Assembly (NCBI GenBank): GCA_002633005.1
Contig: NMRA01000144.1
Coordinates: forward strand, 650,861 to 714,860
DNA: 64,000 bases
Direction: 5' to 3'
Source: Phoronis australis
Taxonomy: Eukaryota; Animalia; Phoronida
Shown here piece by piece: positions 41,271 through 55,545 of the stretch. Under the pieces are notes generated by a model. The model saw nothing but the letters and a program-made list of their open reading frames with translations, was not told where the DNA came from and did no database searches. Position numbers and translations under genes: made by a program. Position 1 is the stretch's first letter, and each line of letters starts with the position of its first letter.

Positions 41271-42304
41271 TAAATATCACTGCCATGCCATGTCAGCAAT
41301 CAAAGGAAGAAAGATAATTCAAAATCATTTCCAAATTTCATTTCATAAAATCAGTGAATTAAATCAATAGAGGGTACACACTGCATACACGGAAAATACT
41401 AAAGAAGTCACTAGAAATATAAAAACGTTGGTATTGAAAACTGATAAACAAAACAAATACTTGCCCATAAAAACAGGGCTGAATTCCATAGACACAGAAA
41501 TCTTGTGAATGGAGATAGTGTGTTTACTTGCTTCATGTGCAGTCTCGCAAAGTCTCGCATGGTCATGCGTTTTCACGAGGTCCTCTCTTCTACAAAACAC
41601 ATACCTGGTCAAGTGTTATGCACATACCTTTTAGTGATTACCATGGAATTAACTTAAACTTTTCCTTCTCTCCAGAGTCCCTCCCTCCCTCACCCTTCAT
41701 GTTGCATGTGGAAGAAAGTTGCAATATGATAAGACAAAGTGTGTATACAAACTTACAAGCATGTAGCGAACAATCATTTGCTTTTCAAGCTTCCGTCCAC
41801 ATGGACATTTGCACTGAGAGTGATTTGGTGCAAGTTGTACCTCGAAAAGGTGGGGAATATTTAGAAATCATCACATTGGTGTCAACTTGTCAGTTTATGT
41901 ACAAACTGTCACCTGTGATGGATCCTCTAAGACAGATTAAGACAGATAATGTCACATCAAAATAAATGATAAGAGGCATAAACTGCCTACTGCACAATGC
42001 TTGAGAATTGATAACTGGAAACCTGTGAAATGAGTCAGTTCGAAACGACAACTGATAACACACTTTCTAGTGACCAAATCCTAATAAATATTCTTTTTGT
42101 CTTCGTGTTTTCATGTGAAAACTTCTTGACAAAACTCAGGCTAATTCAAACCCTAAATCAGTTTGCAGGCAGAAATAGCTCAGACTCCGTCTAACGGCAA
42201 ACACTGAGTTCGGTCCAAACTCAAACTTAAAATGCTAATCAGGGCAACAAAGAAACTTTCAAAGTAGGTCCAGACACTGAGTTGTAACTTAGACAAAGAA
42301 CTGC

Positions 42305-42722
42305 TCTTTTGGAGGTACAAAGATTACTTTGATAGGTGGCAATTGACACAAGTCAAGTAGCCCAATTGTGTTGCTAAGGCAGGTTACATAATAGAGGCTG
42401 GGACATATCAACAAAGGAACAGCAGTTGCAATACCCATCCTTTAATCTATTCTGTTGAAGTAAACTGATTTTTCCTTCACACAATGAAAAAGTTCAATTT
42501 TCAATGACCGATTTATTTTTTATAGTCCAGAGTGTCTAAAAAGGCGAGAAAGAATGTTGCCATAAACAGGAACAGTATCACTGACACTGCTCTGTTCCCC
42601 AATCCCTAAACAAAAGAAACCCATCATAAAAATCCAAGCACTGTGGTAAGTGGTTATTACATTCCCAACCAATAACAAGCATTCATAACTGTTGGTTGGG
42701 AAATGTGATGTAGTCCCTAATG
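42305..42722 (+). repeat. Dispersed repeat family C
   Basis: Colinear with the other three copies; has a subterminal hairpin at 42662-42703. Confidence 0.75.
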
Positions 42723-43291
42723 CTGCTTTGCTCTCGAAAACAATTTAGACTACTAAATTATTATGCAATTGGCCTTAAATAAATGGTCTTTTGTGAAGAC
42801 TGCAAAAGAACTAACTAATGTTGCTTGTGATATCAGACTCTAAAAGTTGACTTGACACACGGTGACATTTTGTCAAGCATGGACTCCAGGAATAAAGAAT
42901 ATGGTTAGTTCTTTGTAAGACCAAAGTCATTTCTAATCTGAGTTATTAGGAACAAGTTGAGACCGATTTCATAGTGGTAAATGGGTTACCTAAATCAAAA
43001 TTTAGTTTCTCCGATGAAACGCAGGTTGGTTTACAGCCACTTTAAGTATTTACAATCATTCCCTATGATATCATTATTGTCTCATTCAATGCTACTCACT
43101 TCAATCTGAATGTCTGGAACAAAATTCATACAATAACAATGCCAACAGGTACATTAAAGTTTTAGTAAAAACTCTATGAAAAAAGTGCAATTTTTTCTCA
43201 CAGGTCTTGATAATAACTGTCTTAGCACTAAAACTTGACAAATGTTTCAGACAATGGGACATTGAACATCCAGCGTTGAAATGAGAACCAA

Positions 43292-43357
43292 AGCAATCAT
43301 TCATCATTTTGTTCACCATTGATCAGCAATCATTCATCATTTTGTTCACCATTGATC
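43292..43357. repeat. Perfect 33-bp tandem duplication
   Basis: AGCAATCATTCATCATTTTGTTCACCATTGATC x2. Confidence 0.95.
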
Positions 43358-44443
43358 AGGCAAATATTTAAAACAGCACAGTAGTATCACATTACACACA
43401 ACACGCCCTGCAGGTATTCAGACATGAATTCGAAGTCAATACCTTTTAAATTAGTGAAGAAAGAGAAATCAAATCTAAGCATTAAATTTGCATAAATGCC
43501 ATTCAATGTTTGGACATAAAAGCTAATATCCAGCAGTCATCTGCATTAATAATTCCGTACAAATCTATTATCCTTTTTACAGCATTTTATCACTGACATT
43601 TAACCTTAAAAACATGCCGCTGGTAACAGCATTGGTAAAACAATAACAAGAAAAAACATACCTGTTTTAATCAACAATAACATCCAGGGTGAAGCTAACA
43701 TTAATGAAAACTTGGTGGGTTTCCCATTTTACCATCCCCAGAACATGCCGGCCTGTATAGCATCAGGCCTGCCATGAGCATACTGTAACTTAACTTAATG
43801 CAGACATGGTGCAACCAATCTGATGTGTCAACATGTTACACTGGGCAACAACAACAGATGAAGCATTATCAAGACAAGGTGTGAATCACTGGGGTTAGCA
43901 GGCTTATCTTGGAGTTCTGAGAAAAATCAAAATGATTGCTGACCACTAAACTAATTATACCAGTGGTAATTCCAAGAAGTATACATTGTGACATCAGAGT
44001 TAATTAAGAATCTCCTTAACAATAGGTAATTAATGCTAATTTTATTTAGTAGAAAAATCATGAAATTAAATGTTAAAATTATCACTACAAAATCATATAT
44101 GCTTGAAGATACAAACTGGATCTACCTATCATGTATCACAAAATAATTCATTTAACGGTTGTAAATCATGAACATTGAATGACGCAACTAGCAGAAATGA
44201 TATCAAAACTCTACACTCAGCTAACAATGAGATTATTGTCGGAATGTTACAATCTTTTATCAGCCATGTGTTGTAAAAGATATCCTAAAATTGCCGATTA
44301 ATTTATGATTGCAATCTGTAACAGTTGCTTCACCAAAACAAAACAAGACAGGAAGATCTAAGAGGTTATCATATCTGTTGAAACATTTTGAAACTTTATC
44401 AATGTATTGCTTTAGTTCCTCAATGGTAAAGGATTTTCAAAAA

Positions 44444-44595
44444 TATGGTTAACGCCCTGAGCGCTTAAATTTGGAAACCCTGAGACAAAGGGGTGGGCGA
44501 TTACCCAAGCAGTGGGCGCTTAAACCGAAAAATTGACAGAAAGTCTGGGATGGGCGATTACCTGGGCATGGGCGCTAACCCGCGAGTTTACGGTA
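44444..44595. mobile_element. Tc1/mariner-type MITE terminus with repeated TGGGCG(A/C)T(T/A)A motifs
   Basis: Four GGGCGATTA/GGGCGCT(T/A)A units ending TTTACGG|TA; CpGs intact. Confidence 0.6.
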
Positions 44596-46686
44596 AGTAT
44601 GAAACTGGAGTTTGGAACTGACTGCAGTCAGTTATTTTCACATCTGTATATATGTCAGCCTGCTTGTATTAAACCATTTCGTCTGGGCCTTAGTTGGTAA
44701 ACTACAATAAATATTTGCATAATAAACACAAGTGTTAGCATGAATGTGCATGGAATACATTCAATATATCATCTAAAACCTACTTTTCCCTTATTAACCA
44801 TTTGTGCCACAGACACATATACACTGACACAATATCTAGGGCTGTTGTTTCAGGAACCAACAGTGTTTGTTAAACAACATCAGTTGACGCCCAAACTAAA
44901 ATTGGAGCATCTCACCATCTGTTTGGACTAACTAAACTTGCACCCATTTCCTATAGACTATTAACACAATTTCACTTGCTATAAGGTTTGCCAGATCCTA
45001 GACTACTTGTAGTTTCAAGTGGCTTAACGTTTCAAAGCTCTTCCTCACACGAGAGAGAAAACATTCTATGTTCAAACTGGTCAAATTTAGGTTGAAAGAC
45101 GTTTTGTTCAAAGGTAAAGTTTGACTTTGAAATTTCATTACCGGTTTTGTTTAATATTTTGTATAAATTCATTTGTCAACTGAAGCATATAGAAACAAAA
45201 ATACTTTGCTGTTGGCAGTAGTTAAAAAGTGACAAAACATAAAATTCAAAACAAATCTGATGTTCAAACATACTTATCACATTTATGACCAGTGGTTACA
45301 CATTACACTTTCAAACATCACAAATTACAGTAACTATTCTGCAAATAGTCTCTAAACATTGGGGCACCAAAATTCAAGCCGAAATTGAATTTTCTTTCTG
45401 AAGATTAAGACAATGAGGGTGATTTTGGCGTTCATGATTGTTTTTCTCAGATTCTGAACACTATTTTATATCAACAAAGTTTGAAAACAGATTTGCAGGC
45501 TCATAAAACCATCAAAAATAGCTGCTGACACGTTTTCATGTGGCCCCATATTGTATAACAGCAACGAGAATGGTCAATTTTTTGTTGACTTTAATTCTTG
45601 AATTTGGGACGGCCAATATTTGACCTATTACTAAAATTTGGTACAAGCAGACCTTTAGGAAAATAATACATTTTTCACTGTCTCAAACTGAGGATTTTTT
45701 ACCGTATATAGACCGAGTTGAAATAATTAGATAAGTGTTAAAGCTACTTTCAGAGCCAACATCCTTTCACATAGGAATTCTCATCTCATCAAAACACGTT
45801 TCCTGACAATTCCTCCAAGAGTGTCCAGTTCAAAGCTCACTGTACAACGTATAAGCAAATGTCATCTAAATCTGTACACAGCATTTCATAAACATAAACC
45901 AATCAAATTCAAAATTACATCAATTCAAAAAACACTCTTCTCTGAATACATACACGAGAATTCGTTTCCAAGTACTGAGCGAAGCAATGGGCAGTCAATA
46001 AATCTCCCAGTGAAGCATATACTACATGAAATTCGATTCCACTTGATATTTACCAAATACTCTTCCAGTATTTTCCCTAAGTGAGCTTATTTCACGGTCG
46101 ATTTCCATCAATATTTCATACTTGTTTGTCTTGGTTTTTCATACCAAGCCCATATACAGAAAATCATTATAAAAAACATGTGTCACTCATAGAAACATCT
46201 AGGGATAAATGCCATCAAATTTCCACTGTGACTGCCTGAGGCACTACAGCCAGAACACAATTGCATTCCTCAGTAATTCAGTTCTGTTGGTGCAAATTAA
46301 TCAGGTATTGTGGACCACAAATCACCTGCGAAACATAATTAAGCAACCTATTATTCACAGCTGGGATTAGAGCAGAAACCATATGATGAAACAAACATAT
46401 TGTTGTATTCAGGAAATCATGTTTAACTTAATATCCAGAAATTAGTTGAAATTACCCCCAAAATTGTCTGTAACCTACCTTACCCATTGAAAACTAATCT
46501 ATGTTACTTGCAACCTAGAAGATCTAAAAATAAAGGATTAGAATACACTTGTAAAGAATTTTACTTGCTTATAAATTATAAACACTTGAAATATATGGTA
46601 GGACATTATCATATGAAAACTTGCCTAAGCATGAAATGTAACAATAACTTATATCACGAAACAAACTATTGGGTATCTTTTTGTTT

Positions 46687-46898
46687 CTGAAAATCACAAC
46701 AATTCAGACAAAAATAATTTCCAAAATTCTTTTTTCATTTGTCAAAGGTTTCTATCATTGTTGTGAAACCGTACCTAGAATTTCTCAAAACATTTTCTGC
46801 TAGAGTTCAAAATGACAGAGCAATTATTTGGGGCTACGTGAAAAAAACTAAGTTTCTCTTTCCTGCTTATTGTCGTATGTTAGCGAAACTGAACAGTA
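46687..46898 (+). mobile_element. Tc1/mariner-type MITE family A (degenerate)
   Basis: AATTCAGACAAAAATAATTTCCAAAATT ... TTCTCAAAACATTTTCTG similar to the other copies. Confidence 0.55.
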
Positions 46899-48458
46899 CT
46901 TACCCAGGTTAGTGCCCCAATACAAGAACAGAACCCATTAATAGGAATTGCATACATGTACCTAAGGCACAACAACATCCCCAGAAGCAGTGAGATTATC
47001 TAGCCTGTGACAAGGCTGAGAATCAAAATATGCCGAGATCACCATCACTGCTGGCACAATAACAAAATAACAAAATAACTCAACCAACAAATTATTGATC
47101 TCTGAGAATAATTCCAAGAGACACTAGAGCAAAATACCACATTTCAATAAACACACAGGGTGTCCACCTACCTCAAGTCATTAGAATGAGGTTATTTGGT
47201 ACAGACATAAATATTAGCTTAAAAATTAATGGACTAGTAGACAACTGCAAGGATGTTATTAGGGCCTTTGGCTCCATGATATTCACAACATCAAGTGCTC
47301 TGTCTCCCATAAATTGGAAAGGTGCTCTTTGTGGAAATATTGGCAGGCATTTGTCCACAGATTAATGAATTATGCTTTTAAGAACAGCAGATGTTTGAAA
47401 GTTAAAGTCATAAAACCCATAAATTGGTCACAGCATTAATGATGCTTTGAAAAGTGAAGTTTGAAACAAAGCATCTGGCCTTGCGTAAAATGTATCTATA
47501 GTGTATTATACGCCAAATTAAATCCCATTTCCGAAAGATTCCTTTGCACTACATGTAAAACATGTACTGATCCAGACCAGACCAACTGAATTTTTATAAC
47601 CATAACGAGGGCTCTATTACTCACCAGTAACCAAGACTGCACAGCAATTACGTTTTACAAAAACTTTATAACAATTTTACAGCTCAGCTAACACCACCTT
47701 GAAATAAAAGTAACATCCTCAATGGAATTTTCCAGAAAATCAGATACTGGGACAGTTAAAAGCATTAAATTACTGACCTGTTCCCTTCTGTAGTTTAGCG
47801 GTGGTGAGAAAATCCCATAAGCTGCCTAGAACTGCATCTTGGCATTCCTATACAGGTACTGTCAGGTAAAATTGATGAGTCTGATGAAGACCAAATAACC
47901 CGACCATTAATTATACCAGTCTGGTTTAATAAAAGGGTGCAGTAACCTACAGAAACAGAATCTGCAGTCATTCAGATGGAATTTGGCTGGCCAAAAGACT
48001 AAATATTACCAGTACATGCTGGAATGGTTTGTTAATTAAACTTTTCCCTCCGCAAATTTGTTGCATAGTATGTCCACTGTAGAATCTGGAAAGGTCAGTA
48101 GCCAGACATTGATTACTTTGAAAGGTAATTCAACAAAATTCTGGGTAGACCAATACACAAATGCATTTGTAGGCTAACACACTAATTTACAGAAATAACA
48201 GCTAGCTGAGAACTTACTTTTCATAAAAATCACAACATCAAGTTCATAATGTATGTTTTGCTTCCCAAAGCTGAGTTTATTGTTCTACTAGAGATGCATC
48301 ACAATAAACGGCATAGGTACACGAGCATTTCCGTAGACATTGATACAAAACAAACAGCAAAAACTGGTGAGAATTTCACTGTATCCGGACAAGAACACTT
48401 TAAGCGAACACATATTTGAAAGTGAATCATTGTTCTTATAATCCCAGAAAAAACATGA

Positions 48459-48934
48459 GGCAACTCCTACGCTAACATTTGGGGTTTTGTATATCCCAAC
48501 ACCTAAGCGACCTTAAGCCAGACTGAAACTAACTTGTCCTAATTGATTTGCAAATTAATGCTCGTGGCTTAGGCGCAATGCTAAACTGAGAAAACCTATT
48601 TGCTTTCTCTTATAATGCATTGATTTTAAACTTTCTAAGACTGCTAATATTTACTTTTCAATTTCAAAAGCAGTCATGCTGGATGTTTGTCAGTACTTTA
48701 TTGTTTGTTTTTTTATTTTGAAACTCGTATGCTAAACAGGCGCATTGATTAAGACTGCAATTGTGTCATCCAATATACATTCAACCAAGTCCATAAATAG
48801 CAACTAGCTTATGGTGCCATCAAGTCTTTGATGTGCCCTGGAATTTTCTGGATGATACTCTGGGGTAAACAGTGCACGCTTTCTCGCTTTATCGTCCACT
48901 TGCATGCAAATCCTGCTGTAACGTACGATTTGCC
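48459..48934 (+). mobile_element. PIF/Harbinger-like MITE family B, copy 2
   Basis: Left GGCAACTCCTACGCTAA resembles the reverse complement of copy 1's right end TTAGCGTAACATTGGCC. Confidence 0.7.
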
Positions 48935-51900
48935 TAATGTAGGGTAGGGCTGTGCCTGGGCTTCCTAGTCTGGGCAGTGTTAATAAAAGACCAAAATGAA
49001 AACGTGAAGCCCAAGTTTATACCATGAGCTAGAATTGCTATGCCTCATGTCTACACTTATTGAGAAAGCGCCTTTGGAAAAGACATGACCCATGTTTAAA
49101 TTCGATGGGAAAGTCAAATTTACTCTATTCCATGTGGTGAGATAAAGGTTAATCATTGGTTGCTAGCTAGAGTCACTGGATTTGTCAACTTTTAAATCAT
49201 CTTAAGTATTCATATCATGAAAACTATGATGAGACTAATATCAAGCAAAAATAGCGTTCTCCCATTTTATACACACAATTCTCTGAAACACAACCCAAAT
49301 CTATTCCAGAAAATTAATAGATGCCCCTCATCTCAGCACCACCCATACGTCTCCACTATCCCATTACAATGACTCATTAAAAACTTGACTCGTTTCAAGG
49401 CACCTTGTACTTCATCAAAAGATTTCTACAAAAGCCCACTGTGGTCAAGAAGTCTGCTTATTAGCAACAGGCCTCTAAGATCCTTTTGTGTGGCGCAAAA
49501 CAATTAGGGTGGAATGCTCATAGAAAAAGTTTGATTACAGGAGTATTTGTTCAACTTGGAAGGAATTGAAGACACCGACGGCCTCCTAGGCTAAGGTCAC
49601 GTGTGCCCCTCTATGCACAAAGATGCTTAGTTACAACAGCAGGACTTTGGTGTTTTTAATCAGTGTGAGCCATAATTCACCGAAAAGCTCCCATAGGAGT
49701 TTCACCATCTCTATAGGGACCAGCTAGAGGGCGGTGGTCACCGTCTACGGAGGCGTGGTGAAGCAGGACATAACACAATGTCATTGACGTCGGGAACCCT
49801 TTAAAGTTTAATGAACTGATGATCTGGATTTAACTTGATTTGGAAACCACTGTCATCTGTAGTCAAAACCAAATGTGAGCTTTTTGTAATGTGGCCCCCA
49901 GAGTTGGGTTTTGAAAGCTGTTAGATTCCAATGTCACACTAGAACCGGCGTTATGCAGTTTACTGGCAATACTGCACATTCATTACACAGACCACAACAA
50001 GGTGTCCAACAGTCCATATCGTCACACGATTCAATTATTGCTATGCAGTTTTTCACCTGAAGCTGTAAGTTGCACCTGGAGATGTAAATTGGGTTGTGGG
50101 AATAAACACTACATGAAAACTTACCAATTATACCATGAGAGAAGAAAAGTTTTGTCCAAATCATCAAAAGCAACAAATCAATTACTAATACTATCGTCTG
50201 CAAACCCAGCTGAGCTGTGTGCCAAGGTAATAAACAAGTGTAGTGACACATTCAGAGCAATGCAACAGGATGAAGAAACTTTGAAAAATATACCTGCTCT
50301 CATCCTACTTAGCTTGAACACATGATTCAAACATTTCAGATGGTAATAATTTGACAAGATACCAGTTGATGACATTTTCTTATCTGTGATAAATCAAATT
50401 TAATACACAACTGATGTGTAATGACTGTCACAGGTATTCCCAGGCATCCACTACACTGAAATACTAAACAACTATTCAAGTCCAAAGCCACACAAAAAAA
50501 TGTCTTATAAAGATTTGAGGAACCATGTTTTTAGAGATAAAAATTGCTGAATTTACAACAAAGTAAAATTTTAACAGTTAAAGCTCAAACAACCTTTAAC
50601 CAAGAAATCACTGAAAATGTACCTTTTAAAAGATCTGTGACAAACTTTTATAATTTATCTCAGAAGAGTGGTTTTCAGCACAAATCGGTATTGATCAGCT
50701 ACATGACTTAGAAAGACTTGTGTTTGAAATATTTTTCAAGTATATATGAAGCTCAGCCAGCATTCTAATTACATGCTACCACCATTTTGACTATTCAAAA
50801 TTGCTATCACCAGGTGGCACTAGGGAGTAATTTATGTTACCAAGCATAATGAGGTATTTTACAAGCTAATTTCAAACACTTCAAATGTCATATTGTGTTT
50901 AATTTAACAACTAGTTTGTCAGGACTTTCAATAAACATCAGCCACTCAAAATCATAACATTTTCAACAACAAAATATAGCACTGAAGATTCCAAATGAAT
51001 ATCATAGAGGTGACTTTGATTTCAGCCATATTGAAAATGTTTTTCTGAACATAAAAACAGTTACTGTTGTGAAGTATACTGAGCAAATCTTTCTAAAAAG
51101 AACATGAAATGATTGATGAGACCCTGACTCACCTCTTTTTAAGAATCTTACATCTTGAGACCACCAAACACATAAGCAATTGAGAAGAATTCAAGCAGGC
51201 ACAGCTCCACCATCTGACCCAAGATAATGTATGAAACATGGCTGCTGTTAGGCTATCTAAATATTAAAATTATCCAAAATGGCAGCAGAACACTGGAAAA
51301 AATATGTCACTGTGACATACTGTTAATTAAACCTGAAAACAGCAAGTTTGCTGTCTGAAATATGAATCTTACTCAAACTCACAACAGCAAGAGGAGTCCA
51401 GTAAACCATGTTGGATTCACTTCAACTCTCCTGGAGAGCTTCAACCAGTTATCTGTAACCCTTTGTTCTTCACAACACAAAGAATTCAAGTTGAAACTTC
51501 CCAATTTTGGCATCTATTCTTATAGGGAAAACACTTTGATTGGCTTCTGGAGACATCATCTCCACATGTGATGTCACTCAGTCATGATGTTCTACTTCTT
51601 GTTCCAACAACTCTGCTTCAGTTATTTCAAAAGAACCATTTTTAAATTGTACATTGTTCTCATTTATTTTATCAGTAAATTTAGTTTGTATCAGACAAAT
51701 CCATTGGTTAGATTTTTTATTTCCAAGCTGTCCTCTTGCTTATCATGATTGGTTAAAACAGTGCAACTGCAATTTACCATTGGTTGATTAACCATCATGG
51801 TACAGGTGAAGGAAGGGGGTTTGCAATCAACAGTTAAATCATTTATATCAATGAATATGAGGTCTACATGTTTGTGCCCAAGCATGTAAATTGAAACTAT

Positions 51901-53571
51901 GTATACAGAAAACCTGAGTTCCTCTTTGTTAAAGTCACATCTGCCAACAATGGTAATGTACGTCCTCCAATCCCCCAAACCAGACAGTTGTTGCCCCAAT
52001 GTATATTTAAAATAATCTGCAAAACAATTTACACAGGTGCATGAGAGGTATCATGTCGTGACAGTAATTAATTTCAATAACACAGAGGAGCAAACATCTG
52101 CTATATGTCTCATGTTGGCAAGTTTTGGCGCAATTCTTTAGAACTCGAGCAAGCAAGAGAATTTGCCATCTGGTAATACCAGCACTGTAGATAAAAAAAC
52201 TTGATTAAAAGGCACCATTATAATTACTAAATGACCATCAATTTATTCTCAAACATCTGCCCAAGATATTGGTACATCATAATTCCTTTCTAAAAAAAAC
52301 TTGTCTATGACTTTGAAAGTATTTGTCCATGAGCAAGAAGACAACATACACCACCTCTTATGTTAAACTGCAGGCAACAGGTGGCAGTGCAATCAGCTTC
52401 AGCTTGGTCATTACCATATTTCTCCCATAATTCAGTAGCAGTAAGACACATGTCATGTGCAGACAGTATCACAGAAATATGAACATCAGGGTTATATGAA
52501 ATGAAGCAAGGCCTACATTATCAATGGAAAACAGCATCTGGCTGCATTTCAGTGGAGTAAAATGTTAAAGTTATCTCAGCTCACGAAAATGGTAACACAT
52601 TCTGAGTGGGAACATAGTGAGCTGTGTGCTATGATTTTAAAAACTTACAAATAACAACAATTAATTTCAGATCAGTTTATACTTTTGAATGTTCTAACTT
52701 ACTAACAATTTACTAATAGCTAAGCTACACAAAAAAACAAAACAAACTTTTTCAAAAAGAAGCAATCAAAGTAGCATTAACATTGAGTTGATGAAATGCA
52801 CTCTATTAATGAAACTGAAATTATTTAATTGCAGTTACCAACGTTTGAAGTTACTTAAAAGAATAAGGATTATATACATAATACCTAGTTATTAAAAATC
52901 CTGAATAGATATCACCAATAAATAAAAAATAAGAAAACCTCACCAAGTATTTAAGCACCCATTGACGAGAGGAACCCACACAAAGGCATTGCAAAAACGT
53001 TCTTCTATTCTTTGAACTTAAAAGTCAAAACAACATCAAAATGTGGCACAACTTTTTGATTTAGCACCCATTTAGCCTTTTCCGTGAATCTGATTATAAC
53101 TGTGCACATCAAATTGGATCGGCAGGAAATGCATACAATTTATTTGCAAGGTTAAAATGCCCTACAGGTGGATGACAGTAATTCCTACATTAATAATGAT
53201 AACAGTGGAAACAAAAATAAAAACATGTTCAAATATAAAGGCTAAAAATTTTTAGACCTTTTCTAGTGTAGGCCTCTATAACTGAATTCTAGTATCAAGA
53301 GTATACTTTATTATTACAGTGAGTAAGATTCTTTTCCTCGGACAATATATAATCAAAAAATCACACCATGATAAGTGTACCACATATCCGTGCTCATTCT
53401 TCTTAAGGAACGCAGCAACACCTGACGATGCCGGAGAATAGACTGACTGAAACATCGTGACAATGTAAATAGACAAGAGGTCGGTGTAAAATAGATTTTA
53501 ATAGTTGTAACAATTTCATTTCATTTTTCAATTCTGCTCAGTATCATGCCTTTTATCCCATTCTCTCTAAT

Positions 53572-53726
53572 TAGGGGCGGATCCAGGATTTTGAGTTAGG
53601 GGGGACCAGGGCAGAGTATTAGCCAGGATTTTGCCCATCAGACATTTGCACTCCCGAACTGCCAAATGGAATCTGGGAGAATTTTAGGGGGAGGGGGCCC
53701 ATGGCCCCCCTCTAAATCCACCACTA
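53572..53726. mobile_element. Non-autonomous DNA transposon with 5-bp TSD (hAT5-like)
   Basis: TSD CTAAT at 53567-53571 and 53727-53731; TIRs TAGGGGCGGATCCAG / CTAAATCCACCACTA. Confidence 0.8.
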
Positions 53727-54319
53727 CTAATAGTTGAGGATTTTTTCTATTTACATTCATAACGATTTTAGACTTTCCCCTCCAAGTCATGAACACCAAA
53801 AACATTTTTGTCCTTCATTCTTTTTGATTTCCCACTTCCCCATGAACCTAAGTGTCAACTCTAAAAAAAATGCCTTGCACAAAAATGATCCTGTAGACAG
53901 GAATGCTGATAACGGATCATTAAGTATTGATAATATGGCTGCTTATCCGGTATATGCTCTTGACCAATCTGAGCACACAAGGCATTTTGCTGAAGTAAAT
54001 TTTTTAAGTAGATGTTGTATGAAAATGAACTAATTAAAGAAATTAACAATTATATAAATACCCTGTGAAGTCTGTGAAAGTCATATTTTATTGACAACAA
54101 AAGACTCGGTCAATTCATCATAATGTCGGTGGCATATTCTCAGCATTGTAGAAAATTGACAAATGAGATGCTATCTACAATGGTACTACTTTTGTCACCG
54201 GAAATGGACTCATTGTTATAATTGACTGCAACCAGTGTCTTCAATATAAACAATCACATATCCCCAGTGAAGACTGTGACTTAATCAACTAGTCTGACCA
54301 CAAAATTCTTTTAATCCAT

Positions 54320-54333
54320 GTTGCCATAGGAAC
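54320..54333. promoter_or_regulatory. RFX X-box motif GTTGCCATAGGAAC
   Basis: Close match to the 14-bp X-box consensus; function untested. Confidence 0.4.
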
Positions 54334-54979
54334 AAATTGCATTTATTACAACCTAGTGGTTGAATAATTCATCTGCACTGAATGACCTTCCTGATTTGTA
54401 TTTTCATATGTGTCACAGAAAGTGCAGTTAAACTCTAACTAGAATTTTTTTGATAGATCACAAATAAAAATCCATAGAGTACAGTTTTGCTCATCAAATT
54501 GAAAGACAATCTGCAACGATTCATTATGTTACAGTAATTTGTCACCTACAGGTATATGGGGGTCTATGAATCTACTCCAGCGGAAGGGCTTTTAGATTGA
54601 AGAATCAGTCCAAAAGCCTATAATGTGAAAGCCTATTTTTGAAATTTCAAAAATATCATTTGAAGGCCTATAGTCCAAAAGCACTATATTCTGAAGGGTT
54701 ATAAAAACGTTTAATTTTTCTATAACAATTTAATGAATTAAATTATCGGAAGAAAATAAGCTAAATGCCTACTTACATCTGGGCAACATTTTGGGGGAAA
54801 TTGCATTGTTCATTTGCATTGCGCAAAACCGTCAGTGCCCGCCACCTGCTCAACGTCCAAGCTGTGCACCTGTGAAACCTGTGTGGATGCCACTCTGCGT
54901 GTGTATGGCAGAAAAAAGTTACAACGAAGTCAAATTTATTTTGAAAAATTCTCAGCAAATACAGACATGAAGATAATTG

Positions 54980-55409
54980 TCACATGATGCGCTTCCCCAT
55001 TCAAAATTCACAGCATTGTTTTGGGGGTATTAAGACAATCACTTTGTTGTGTCAGTAGCTCTCCATTGTGATAAGCAGGTAGGTTTCACAAGAGTAGCTA
55101 GGACATATGAACATCATTTCTTTTATTCTGTTGTTTTCATCAATTTTTTCTGATAAAACAATGAAAAAGTTTAATTTTCAATGGTGAATACAGTTTTTCT
55201 AGTCCATAGTGTCTAAAATCATTAGTGAAAGAATGACACCACCAACATGAAGGCAGAGGTTAACACTGACATCTATCTCAGTTCTCTAATCCACAAACAA
55301 AAGAACTCAGGCATAAAAGTCCTGTGGTTGTGGTGAGTGGCTACTGTAATCCCAAGTGGTAAGAAGCACTCATAGTTGCCAGTTGGGAAATAAGAAGGAG
55401 CACCTAATG
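54980..55409 (+). repeat. Dispersed repeat family C
   Basis: TTTTGGGGGTATTAAGA ... CAATGAAAAAGTTTAATTTTCAATG ... CCAGTTGGGAAAT ... CCTAATG. Confidence 0.75.
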
Positions 55410-55467
55410 ATAAACACATGGCATTTTCTTGTTATTTTGCAGCAAAGCAGTAAGCTTTTGAAAAAAG

Positions 55468-55545
55468 AACAACAGCAAATTAAAGCATTGAAATGCGCCC
55501 ACGACTTCATCGCAAATGGCATGCTTCTAGGGTTTCTTTAGTAGC
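55468..55545 (-). mobile_element. HINE-family terminal remnant (further degenerate core-like pieces at ~56160-56240 and ~57190-57260)
   Basis: AACAACAGCAAATTAAAGCATTGAAATGCGCCCACGA...CTTCTAGGGTT aligns to 60123-60190. Confidence 0.7.

Noticed and set aside
43292-43357. 33-bp direct repeat as a CRISPR array
   Set aside because: Adjacent copies with no spacer, eukaryotic context, no cas genes.
51691-51999. IVG..DFN / VDLIF as a LINE AP-endonuclease remnant
   Set aside because: Motif spacing too short and GDFN is interrupted.
53381-53446. 66-nt minus-strand exon SVYSPASSGVAAFLKKNEHGYV
   Set aside because: Acceptor plausible but donor weak (GTG|gtacac) and peptide unrecognised.
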